Assembly (NCBI GenBank): GCA_963675785.1 | Contig: OY776562.1 | Coordinates: 1,440,001-1,504,000 of the forward strand | Direction: 5' to 3' | Length of the DNA: 64,000 nucleotides | From: Anaerolineae bacterium | Lineage (GTDB): Bacteria; Chloroflexota; Anaerolineae; UBA1429 | Part shown: piece by piece, positions 47,240 to 56,544 of the stretch | Position numbering within the stretch: position 1 is the first letter of the stretch | How the letters are laid out: each line of letters opens with the position of its first letter | Notes under the pieces: model-generated | Told to the model about the DNA's origin: nothing | Database searches by the model: none | What the model saw: the letters and a program-made list of their open reading frames with translations, nothing else | Program-made: the position numbers and the translations under genes

Positions 47240-48181
47240 CTGCCTTACGGCGGCCGACTGGACAGCGTCGACCTGGGCACCAGCTACACCTACACCGGCC
47301 AACAGGCTCCTGATGGCTTGGACATACTCAACTATGGCGCCCGCTGGTACGATCCTCTTACTGGCCGCTTTCTGCAGCCTGATACCATCGTGCCCGAGCC
47401 CTTTAATCCTCAGAGTCTGAACCGCTATTCGTACTGCTTGAACAACCCAATCAAGTATACGGATCCGACGGGACAGGAGTATAGCGAAGATGTAGGAAGT
47501 CCATCAGGAACCACACTTGATGATCTCTACAGATTGACAGACACATTCGAAGTAACAGGTATGTTGATGGCCGGAGGAACTTCGTCTTTGGCGCAGTTGC
47601 GGGCAGCTCAGAATCTTGTAGGAGCATTTAGAAACATGGGTTATGGTACTGCACTTGATTGGTATATGAACACAACCGATCACTACAGGGATATGCTTGC
47701 AGGAGCTCTATTAGTATGCTTCACATATTCATCATGCGGAGATGCCGTATTCGACATTCACCTTCAAAGTCAGAACCCTAGGCCTACTCACCTTTGCTCG
47801 GGACTTTACTCTCACGAAGGAGACCCTACGAATGGAATCGGACCTCGAACCTTTCGATTATCAGCTTATCTCACCCAAGGTGATCTCACTGGTACAATCA
47901 GCAATCCATCATACTCTATCAGCCCCTCGTATCTTGAAGAGCTCGTACGTACTACGAGCCACGAGCCATCACATATGGCAGATTGGTTATCAGTAGAAAA
48001 CAGCATCCAGATAGCCGGCAGTGTAGAAAATATGAATTCTAATGATATCTCACTGTGGGAATCGCTCCAAACACAGGGCGGTAACAACAATGAAAACTAT
48101 GACGCGTATCGCGCCTCGATCACCGAGGAAAGAGCTTTCGCGCGAGAAGATTCGTGTTGGCATTCATTTTTCTATCGCTAG
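47240..48181 (+). CDS. Orphan RHS core fragment with alternative HExxH toxin tip
   Basis: DNA ~47239-47473 closely matches main RHS ~42280-42516. DPTG, then a different tip containing SHEPSHMADW. No ATG start. Confidence 0.85.
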   Translation: MPYGGRLDSVDLGTSYTYTGQQAPDGLDILNYGARWYDPLTGRFLQPDTIVPEPFNPQSLNRYSYCLNNPIKYTDPTGQEYSEDVGSPSGTTLDDLYRLTDTFEVTGMLMAGGTSSLAQLRAAQNLVGAFRNMGYGTALDWYMNTTDHYRDMLAGALLVCFTYSSCGDAVFDIHLQSQNPRPTHLCSGLYSHEGDPTNGIGPRTFRLSAYLTQGDLTGTISNPSYSISPSYLEELVRTTSHEPSHMADWLSVENSIQIAGSVENMNSNDISLWESLQTQGGNNNENYDAYRASITEERAFAREDSCWHSFFYR

Positions 48182-48197
48182 AGAAGTGGAGTAATTT

Positions 48198-49355
48198 ATG
48201 AACCGACACAGATTTTTCCGTTTCCTATTTCTTTTTATTTTACTATCTTCTTTTTTCTTCCTTGTTACGCAACTAGATAGATTAACCTGGTTCTGGGCTT
48301 CGCGTGATTTCGTAGGCTGGGACATCAGTGCAACTAGTCAAGACGATATCTATGTCGTAGGCAGCCATATCCTGCATTACGATGGGAAATGCTGGTATAG
48401 AATGGATTATGACGCTGTCGATCGAGTCTTTTCAGAGAATGAGGAAGAGAGCCACTCTTTTCTAGGGCTTTTCGAACTGCCTACTGCTTGGGGGTGGGCA
48501 CCTCCTGATTTTTATGACGTCGAGGCATATGATGCAAAGCATATCTATGCGGGTGGCGCAGCAGGCATTTTGCAGTGTGATGGCGAGAGATGGTCTGCGA
48601 TGCCAGTGCTCGATGAACTTGAGCTTTATCCATACGACATCTGGGTACAGAACCCAGATAGTATCTATGCTGTAGATGGTACACACGGCTTATTCTCCTG
48701 GGATGGACAATCATGGCGTCTTGAATCCCAGGATGTAACTTTTAACAGGCGTACCATAGAGACCTTGCATGTAGGGCTATTAGGCGGAAACGATGAATCT
48801 GTAGTAGCAATAGGTGATGGGCTGACGCTTTTGCTCAACTCGGGAGATGGTTGGCAGCAGGTTGACATCGCCCCACTGCTCGAAAACATCGAACTGCACG
48901 AACGCGCCAATGATAGCTATGGGTTGCAGCTCAACGGCGTGTGGGGACTCGACGATGGCAGGATTCTCGTTGGAGTTTGGGAGAACGTCTTTCTCACACC
49001 AAGAGTTCTATACAACTGCAAGTGCCTATTGTGCTACCAAGACGGTACTTGGACGGTGATTCCCACGCCCGACTATTGGCATCCATGGGAGATCCTCATC
49101 GATAGCCACGGCAACCTCGCTTCTCTCAATGAGTACGGTGAGCGTTATCAATATGTAACGAATGAGAACGAAGCAAACCCGATCTGGCAGCATATTGATG
49201 AAGAAATGAATCGTTATTGGGGACCATTTATCTTCTTGGATAATTCTAGCCTGCTGGTCTATGGTGGTGAGCTCTATACTTATGCGAGTTGTTCAGACTG
49301 CCCTGCAATGGTGAGCATCCCCTGTCGCGTAGAGTCATATGAGCTAACGTGGTGA
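48198..49355 (+). CDS. Beta-propeller-like paralog 3 (candidate immunity for the orphan tip)
   Basis: GGAG RBS, 16 bp after the orphan. N-terminal TM, LTWFWASRDF and CSDC. Ends YELTW. Confidence 0.8.
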   Translation: MNRHRFFRFLFLFILLSSFFFLVTQLDRLTWFWASRDFVGWDISATSQDDIYVVGSHILHYDGKCWYRMDYDAVDRVFSENEEESHSFLGLFELPTAWGWAPPDFYDVEAYDAKHIYAGGAAGILQCDGERWSAMPVLDELELYPYDIWVQNPDSIYAVDGTHGLFSWDGQSWRLESQDVTFNRRTIETLHVGLLGGNDESVVAIGDGLTLLLNSGDGWQQVDIAPLLENIELHERANDSYGLQLNGVWGLDDGRILVGVWENVFLTPRVLYNCKCLLCYQDGTWTVIPTPDYWHPWEILIDSHGNLASLNEYGERYQYVTNENEANPIWQHIDEEMNRYWGPFIFLDNSSLLVYGGELYTYASCSDCPAMVSIPCRVESYELTW

Positions 49356-49369
49356 AAGGATTCCACACC

Positions 49370-50524
49370 ATGACAGATACATCAACACCTCGCAGACACC
49401 GCTGGTGGCTGGTGCCGCTTGCTTTGGTCGTACTGTCTAGCCTACTCGTAGCAGATACCTATCTCCTCAAACCAACTATCGAACAACTGAGCTGGAAACT
49501 GGCCTCGTGCAATTTCGATGGCTGGGATATTGCAGCCACTAGCGAAAATAACATCGTTCTGGTAGGCAACCGCATCTTACATTACAACGGCCTCTTTTGG
49601 TATCGCGCGCCCTTTTCCTTCTTTCTCGCCGATGAGGAGGATCAGGCACTACAAGGCAAGCAAAACTCAGAACCCACTCTGCGGCGGAGCTATGAACCTC
49701 CTTTATCCGTTGTTGTGGCCTATGATGCCACCCATATTTACGCAGCAGGAACAACCGGCATCTTGCGCTTCAACGGCCTATGGTGGTCGCAAATGCCTGC
49801 TGCCAATGGACTAGATGCCTTTGCAAGAATGCTTTACGTTCAGAATCCCGACAGTATCTACGCTATCACGCGAGACAATGAGGTGCTTTATTGGAACGGT
49901 CGGCTCTGGGACAACTTGGTTTTGCCAGAACAATTCCATGCTTCTGCCGTAAGCGGCACAGATGACCACGTCGTTATAGTCGGGCGAAATCAAAAGGCCT
50001 TCATCCTAACAAATGGTATCTGGCAAGAGGTAAACATTCCCGAACTCGTCTCTGCTCTAGAACTTTCACAGTACGCCGATCCAGATTTTGGTCTTCAGCC
50101 CTTAACAGTCTACGGCCTAGATGATGGCCGGATTATCATTGGCATTTATGAGTACATTGATTTAGGAGTGATCGAGGCTAGCGTCAGTCGGCTTTTGCTT
50201 TGCTATAACGGCGGAGATTGGTTCACTGTTGATGTGCCCGAGGGCCAAACTCTGCTTGATATCAATGTGGATGATACAGGACTTTTGATTGCCTTTGATG
50301 TTTTCGGCAATAGATACAAGCAAATCCACACTGGTGAGAGCCTATCCTGGGAAAGAATCGATGATTCGGCGGCTCCATACTTTTGGGGGGCCTATACTTT
50401 CCTTGATTCTGGAGAAATGTTTGTGTACGGTCAAATACCCACTCGCATAGAACAACCCTGTTTCGACTGCTTGCCCGAGATCAAGCCGCCCTGTTCTGTA
50501 GAGCATTACGAATTGGCCTGGTAG
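49370..50524 (+). CDS. Beta-propeller-like paralog 4
   Basis: MTDTSTPRRHRWWLVPL, LSWKLAS and CFDC. Ends YELAW. Confidence 0.8.
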   Translation: MTDTSTPRRHRWWLVPLALVVLSSLLVADTYLLKPTIEQLSWKLASCNFDGWDIAATSENNIVLVGNRILHYNGLFWYRAPFSFFLADEEDQALQGKQNSEPTLRRSYEPPLSVVVAYDATHIYAAGTTGILRFNGLWWSQMPAANGLDAFARMLYVQNPDSIYAITRDNEVLYWNGRLWDNLVLPEQFHASAVSGTDDHVVIVGRNQKAFILTNGIWQEVNIPELVSALELSQYADPDFGLQPLTVYGLDDGRIIIGIYEYIDLGVIEASVSRLLLCYNGGDWFTVDVPEGQTLLDINVDDTGLLIAFDVFGNRYKQIHTGESLSWERIDDSAAPYFWGAYTFLDSGEMFVYGQIPTRIEQPCFDCLPEIKPPCSVEHYELAW

Positions 50525-50536
50525 AAAAGAGGGCAC

Positions 50537-51751
50537 ATGGCAGACACATCCACACCTCGCAAACGCCGCTGGTGGCTGGTGCCGCTTGTTTTCGTAATGC
50601 TTGCCGCCCTACTCATGGCAGATACCTATCTCCTCAAACCGGTCATCGAAAAGCTGAGCTGGAAGCTAGCCTCACGCAATTTCGATGGCTGGGATATCGC
50701 TGCCACCAGCGAAAACAACATTGTGCTAGTGGGAAGCCACATTCTGCACTACAACGGCCTATTCTGGTATCAAGGGCGCTCTTTCTTTGGCCATGCCGTT
50801 GGCCAAAATCCTGAAATACCTGAATACGCCCAAGAGCGAAATATCGATTGGCCAACCATGCAGTGGTTTGATACCTATCCGAATGGTATCTATACCGATG
50901 TCTATGCTTATGATTCAAGACACATCTACGCTGTAGGGACCGCGGGTATTTTGCACTACAACGGCTTGTGGTGGTCATCTATGCCTACTGCCTGGAGACT
51001 TGATCCTCATCCTTATCAGATTTGGGCACAGAGTCCTCGCAGTATTTATGCACTAGATCGGCAATTGGGTGTGCTTTACTGGAATGGGTGGCGCTGGAAC
51101 ACACTATCGTTGCCCATTCAGGGAGAACTCGAGTTCTATGCCGTAGGTGGCACCGAAGAACATGCCGTCATCACAGGCGCCTATGAAACAGCAGCAGACC
51201 GGGGACGTTTCCTGCTCATACAAGAGGGCGATAAGTGGATCAACGTCGATACCTTGCCGCTTGCAGCCGGCATCCCCCCCGATCCAGACAAGAGTGGCCC
51301 TTTACAGCTCGATCATATTTGGGGGTTGGATGATGGAAGAATCCTCGCCAGCCTCTCCGAACCAATATCATTCAGCATTTCCCAGTTTTCATCCTGCAGG
51401 CGACTTTTGTGCTACGAACAGGGCGAATGGTCCGCGATCGAGGTGCCTGATAGCAGCCTTTATACTCTTGAGTATTGGGAGCCTCGTGACATCCTTGCTG
51501 ATGAACAGGGGAACCTGCTCGTTTGTACGGCTTTCGATGACCGGATGCGCCAAACGCGAGATGAAAGCGGTGCTCTAGTGTGGCAGGCAGTAGATGAAAC
51601 AGATGACATCAATAGCGGGCTCTATACCTGGATAGATGCTCAGAACCTACTCGTCTATGGCGGAAAACCTGTCCGTCAAACGGGCTGCCTGGATTGCTGG
51701 CCTATTGTCAAGCCGCCTTGCTCACTGGAAAGATACGAATTGGCCTGGTAG
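50537..51751 (+). CDS. Beta-propeller-like paralog 5
   Basis: MADTSTPRKRRWWLVPL. Central region closest to paralog 1. CLDC. Ends YELAW. Confidence 0.8.
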   Translation: MADTSTPRKRRWWLVPLVFVMLAALLMADTYLLKPVIEKLSWKLASRNFDGWDIAATSENNIVLVGSHILHYNGLFWYQGRSFFGHAVGQNPEIPEYAQERNIDWPTMQWFDTYPNGIYTDVYAYDSRHIYAVGTAGILHYNGLWWSSMPTAWRLDPHPYQIWAQSPRSIYALDRQLGVLYWNGWRWNTLSLPIQGELEFYAVGGTEEHAVITGAYETAADRGRFLLIQEGDKWINVDTLPLAAGIPPDPDKSGPLQLDHIWGLDDGRILASLSEPISFSISQFSSCRRLLCYEQGEWSAIEVPDSSLYTLEYWEPRDILADEQGNLLVCTAFDDRMRQTRDESGALVWQAVDETDDINSGLYTWIDAQNLLVYGGKPVRQTGCLDCWPIVKPPCSLERYELAW

Positions 51752-51763
51752 AAAAGAGGGCAC

Positions 51764-52944
51764 ATGGCAGACACACCCACACCTCGCAAACGCCGCTGGT
51801 GGCTGGTACCGCTTGTTCTCGTGGTGCTGCTAATCGCTGGCGTGTTGATCTACCGTACCACACACCTAGAGCAGTGGAGTTGGTTTTGGGCTTCACGCAA
51901 CTTCATCGGTAATGACATTGATGCCATCGACGAAAACAATATCTATGTTGTGGGTAACTTTATCCTACACTACGATGGCATGCGCTGGTCACGTGTTGAT
52001 TACATTTTTGAAGATGGTATCTCGGGTGGCACAGGTGCCTCGCTAATACCCGCAAACGCTGGAAAATTCCTGGGACTGTTCTACAGACCAAGGCTCGCCT
52101 ATAGTTCGCAGAGTTTCAACTTGAACGACGTGCAAGCTTTCGATGTCAAGCATGTCTATGCTGTAGGCAAAGCCGGTATCTTTCAGTGCGATGGGGAGAA
52201 CTGGTCAGTCATGCCTATCGCCAACGGATTGACGCCGCAACCCGACAAAGTCTGGGTGCAAAATCCCACCAGCATCTACGCATTAGATGACGAATGGGGA
52301 GTGCTGCATTGGGATGGCCAGATTTGGGACGTATTGCCCTTACCCGCTAGTTTCAAAGCCAATGACATCGGCGGTACCACGGAGCATGCCATCATTACTG
52401 GCGATGGTCCTACATTATTGATGGAAACAGACGGTGTATGGGAACAAATCGATATCACCCCTCTTATCAGCGACATAGATTTGCATGAGCAGGCTGATGC
52501 AAGCTATGGTCTTCAGCCACGCAGAATATGGGCCCTATATTACGATGAGATAGCAGTCGAAATCTGTGAATACACTGTAGGCTCCCCTTTATCCCTCGAG
52601 GCAGAATAGGCTACAACACTAGAGCCTTGCTTCTGTACAATGATGGCGAATGGAACAGAATCGATGCCCCCGAGTGGTGGCAACCAGATGAAATACTATC
52701 TTGCCCTGGCTCCTGTCTGACCGCCTATGACTTTGGTGGAATATGGTACCAATACGTTGAAAAAAGTGACGGCAATGGTCGAACCTGGCAGATAACGTAT
52801 CCGTGGTTATGCACAGTGTTTGGCGGATATACTGCTTTTATAGACAGCGATCATCTTGTTGTCTATGGCGCAAATCTCGATATCTATGGCAACTTTGTGT
52901 CTCATTGTAGGGTTGAATATCTGGAAATCACACATTGGCAATAA
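51764..52944 (+). pseudogene. Beta-propeller-like paralog 6, frameshifted
   Basis: ORF stops at 52609. Another frame continues IGYNTRALLLYND, matching YNTRALLLYQND of paralog 7, to 52944. Confidence 0.8.
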
Positions 52945-53020
52945 GAAGTATGTCAGCTCATGGACGCAAGTGAACCTTTTCGTGATCGAGTAAAACATGC
53001 TCAAAGAGGAGCACCCTCCC

Positions 53021-54202
53021 ATGGCAAACACATCCACACCTCGCAAACGCCGCTGGTGGCTGGTGCCGCTTGCTTTCGTGCTACTGCTAACCACTGGTGT
53101 GCTAGCTTACCGCTCTACACACTTAGAGCAGTGGAGTTGGTTCTGGGCTTCGCGCAACTTCATCGGTGCAGATATTGATGCAACCAGCGAGGATAACATC
53201 TATGTCGCAGGCAACTTTATCCTACATTATGACGGCACGCGCTGGTCGCGTGCCGTCTACCCTTTTGAAAAGTATGACCTTGATAAAACACTGGAGCTTT
53301 GTTGCCCCAGGGGATATCGCAGTTTCGCAGGGCTTTTCGTGAGACCTTGGCAAGAATTTTACTGCACCTCTCAAGTCAACGATATCGAAATTTACGACGA
53401 AACTCATGTCTATGCTGTAGGACGTGCAGGTATTCTCCAAAGCGACGGCGTAACGTGGTCGGCCATGCCCATTGCCGAAGGGCTAGTGCCTTCTCCCTAT
53501 GGGTTGTGGGTGCAGAACCCTAACAGCATCTACGCCCTAGATAGCGATCTGGGCCTCCTGTACTGGGATGGCCAGATTTGGGACGTATTGACCCTGCCTT
53601 TCAGCTTCAAAGTCAATAGCGTCGGTGGCACAACGGAACATGCCGTCATCACCGGTGAAGGCCCGACCTTATTGATACAGAAAGACGGGAGCTGGGAGCT
53701 GGTAGATATTACCCCATTCATCGACGACATTGAGCTCCATCAAACTGTCGAAGAAGACTACGGCCTTCAACCCTATATGGTTTGGGCACTAGAAAGCGGC
53801 GATATTATTGTAGAGATCAGGGAGCAAGTTTATTATTCTCCTCTGTGGATTGGATATCGTATGACTACCTATAATACGAGAGCATTGCTTCTCTACCAGA
53901 ATGACGAGTGGTCTAGGATCAATACGCCAGAATGGTGGCAACCGCTAGAGATTCAATCCTACGATGGAGATACCTTTATAGCGTACCAAAATGTCGGCAA
54001 TATCTGGTACTACTTTAGCAAAGCCGCGGGAACTAGCTATCAAAACTGGACTGCTTGCAGCCCTAGAATATATCCAGAGCTTTATGGATTTCTGCGTTTC
54101 GTCGAACAGGGTCATCTTGTAGTATATGGCGGTGAAATAGATGCTTATGGTAACGGAACAACTCCTTGTCGCGTAGAGTACTATGATAGACTGCTATGGT
54201 GA
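53021..54202 (+). CDS. Beta-propeller-like paralog 7
   Basis: MANTSTPRKRRWWLVPL and THLEQWSWFWASRNFIG. Ends CRVEYYDRLLW. Confidence 0.8.
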   Translation: MANTSTPRKRRWWLVPLAFVLLLTTGVLAYRSTHLEQWSWFWASRNFIGADIDATSEDNIYVAGNFILHYDGTRWSRAVYPFEKYDLDKTLELCCPRGYRSFAGLFVRPWQEFYCTSQVNDIEIYDETHVYAVGRAGILQSDGVTWSAMPIAEGLVPSPYGLWVQNPNSIYALDSDLGLLYWDGQIWDVLTLPFSFKVNSVGGTTEHAVITGEGPTLLIQKDGSWELVDITPFIDDIELHQTVEEDYGLQPYMVWALESGDIIVEIREQVYYSPLWIGYRMTTYNTRALLLYQNDEWSRINTPEWWQPLEIQSYDGDTFIAYQNVGNIWYYFSKAAGTSYQNWTACSPRIYPELYGFLRFVEQGHLVVYGGEIDAYGNGTTPCRVEYYDRLLW

Positions 54203-54205
54203 AAT

Positions 54206-54242
54206 GCCAGGCCCTCGGTTATATCGAGGGCCTGGCTTGTTT
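54206..54242 (+). terminator. Intrinsic terminator
   Basis: gccaggccctcg/cgagggcctggc followed by ttgttt. Confidence 0.75.
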
Positions 54243-54271
54243 ACGAATCGCTCAAAGAGGAGCATCCTCTC

Positions 54272-55420
54272 ATGGCAAACACGTTCACACCTCACAAACG
54301 CCGCTGGTGGCTGCTGCCGCTTGTTCTCGTGGTGCTGGCCGGCCTCGTCATTGTCCTGCGTCCCACCATCACCCAGTGGAGCTGGGAGCGAGCTTCTTCG
54401 CGTGAGTTTTCTATTTATGACATGGATGCCACCAGCGAAAATAACATCGTCCTCGCCGGGGCAGGTATCCTGCGTTACAACGGCCTTTGGTGGCAACACA
54501 TCACTTATCCCCAGTGCCAGGAAGTTACCCAGGCAGAGGAAAACGTCTCTGCCGATCCTATCATAGTGGTTGAGGATATCGAGATTTGGAATCGTACCCA
54601 CATCTATGCTGCCTGCGGAACGCAAGGTATTCTGCGTTACAATGGTCTGTGGTGGCAGTTTATGCCCATCGCCAGAAACTATAGCACACACTGCTATCAA
54701 CTTTGGACTCAAAGTTCAAAGAGCATTTACGCCATTGACGAGATGCTAGGGTTATTGCATTCCGACGGTCGGATATGGAACAAGGTCTCACTCCCTGATG
54801 GCTTCAATCCCAGCTACGTGGGCGGAAACGATGAATACGTCGTGGTCCTCGAAGAAAATCAGGAAGGACTACAAGACATCCTAGTCCAATCAGATGACGT
54901 CTGGAATCTTGTAGATATCCAGCCACTTCTCATGGATGTTGAACCAGACAATGACTGTATCAACGCATCTTATTGCGAATACAGTCTATATCCCAACAAG
55001 GTATGGGCGCTCGAAGATGGCAGAATTATTGTGAGAGTATGCCAAGAAATTAGGCTAGGCGTCGTAACTCTCCGCTCCTGTCCCCTCTTGCTCTGTTACC
55101 AGGATGAAGATTGGTCAACGATTGAATCCCCTAATGATTCCTTTTATCCGACGCACATCATGGCAGATGATCAAAGAGGCTTGCTAGTGTACGGGGCAGA
55201 GGGAGACCGCTATCGTCAGATAGTTGCAGAGGAAGGCAGTGGCTGGGCGTGGCAAGAGATCGAAGGTAAGTGGCCAGGACGTATTCTGGGGTTCTCCACA
55301 CTCCTCGATACCTCCAACTTGTTGGTATACGGTGGCGAACCCATCCCAACTGACGCAATAGATATCCCATACACACTAGAAAAACCCTTTGAATTAGAAC
55401 ACTATGAACTAACTTGGTGA
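54272..55420 (+). CDS. Beta-propeller-like paralog 8
   Basis: MANTFTPHKRRWWLLPL and GILRYNGLWW x2. Ends YELTW. Confidence 0.8.
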   Translation: MANTFTPHKRRWWLLPLVLVVLAGLVIVLRPTITQWSWERASSREFSIYDMDATSENNIVLAGAGILRYNGLWWQHITYPQCQEVTQAEENVSADPIIVVEDIEIWNRTHIYAACGTQGILRYNGLWWQFMPIARNYSTHCYQLWTQSSKSIYAIDEMLGLLHSDGRIWNKVSLPDGFNPSYVGGNDEYVVVLEENQEGLQDILVQSDDVWNLVDIQPLLMDVEPDNDCINASYCEYSLYPNKVWALEDGRIIVRVCQEIRLGVVTLRSCPLLLCYQDEDWSTIESPNDSFYPTHIMADDQRGLLVYGAEGDRYRQIVAEEGSGWAWQEIEGKWPGRILGFSTLLDTSNLLVYGGEPIPTDAIDIPYTLEKPFELEHYELTW

Positions 55421-55478
55421 TAAGGGGCACTCTCTTCAACCAATCCAACTGGCAGACAGGTGTATCTCGGGGAGAAAC

Positions 55479-55949
55479 GTGCTCAACGGCACCACCACCT
55501 ACTATCGCGGCAACGATGCCGAATACGACGGCACCAATTGGTCGTACTATTACTACTTTGGTAGCCAGCAGGTGGCCGTGCGTGAGGGTTCCAACCTCAC
55601 CTATCTCTATCAGGATCACCTGGGCTCCACCACTGTGGCCATCGACGCCACCACTAGTAAAGCCCAGTATTTGCCCTACGGCAGCCGCCTGGACAGCGCC
55701 GACCTGGGCACCAGCTATACCTACACCGGTCAACAAGCCCTTGACGGCCGGGATATCCTCAACTATGGCGCTCGCTGGTACGATCCCCTCACTGGCCGCT
55801 TTTTGCAACATGATGGTATCATGCCTGATACCATCGTGCCCGAACCCTTCAATCCCCAGAGTCTCAATCGCTATTCGTACTGCTTGAATAACCCATTGCG
55901 CTATACTATCCCAAGGCAAATGCCCACTTGGGTCAGTAGTAGGGGGTGA
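55479..55949 (+). pseudogene. Orphan RHS core fragment lacking the toxin tip
   Basis: Matches main RHS from NGTTTYY through DHLGST and YGARWYDP to NNPLRYT, then loses DPxG and stops 13 codons later. Confidence 0.8.
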
Positions 55950-55954
55950 TCGTC

Positions 55955-56416
55955 ATGACTAGAAAAATTTCCTTAATATCTATCATATTCATCCTTATTT
56001 TAATAGCCATTCTATCGTACTGTTCTAAAGGAGACAATCAACAAGATAGAGAGGAGACAAATGATATGCTTGAAAGCCAATTAGTTACTGAGAATAATGC
56101 GGTTGTATCTCCGTCAGGACTGTATGTTCTTGAAATGATAGTCGGCAAAGTAGATGATGTATCCTCATTTAGTTTTTGTATCAAAGATGTAAAAGATAGC
56201 TCAGAAGTTTTCGTAAGCAATGATTATTACAGATTAAGAGATACTACTTATCTTTTATGGGGAGAAGATGATACCGTATGGGTATACAGTGGCGATCTAG
56301 GGACATTTTATTGGGAAAAAGAATCTGATAGCTGGCAAAAGAAAACTTATGCCGATAATATAGGCAAAGAAGTTCCACAAGCGCTAGAAGAATTAAGGCC
56401 TGATTATTTTAATTAG
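55955..56416 (+). CDS. AT-rich exported or lipoprotein-like hypothetical protein (candidate immunity)
   Basis: Hydrophobic N-terminus followed by LSYC. Acidic. Markedly AT-rich. Directly follows the RHS fragment. Confidence 0.65.
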   Translation: MTRKISLISIIFILILIAILSYCSKGDNQQDREETNDMLESQLVTENNAVVSPSGLYVLEMIVGKVDDVSSFSFCIKDVKDSSEVFVSNDYYRLRDTTYLLWGEDDTVWVYSGDLGTFYWEKESDSWQKKTYADNIGKEVPQALEELRPDYFN

Positions 56417-56544
56417 TTATAGTCAAAAAAACAGCCGTCAAAAGTATACCTAGACGACTGCTTTTGCTTCTTTAAATGCGTCTGGTGCACATTATCAATA
56501 TGTAGCAAGTAAAACGGAGCAGATCCGTTGTTCTGCCAATACAT

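Noticed and set aside
44330-47240. Integron attC cassettes
   Set aside because: No consistent RYYYAAC...GTTRRRY boundaries around the hairpins and no integrase.
43162-55420. Diversity-generating retroelement acting on the paralogs
   Set aside because: There is no reverse transcriptase in the window, and the differences include indels and all base types rather than adenine-specific changes.
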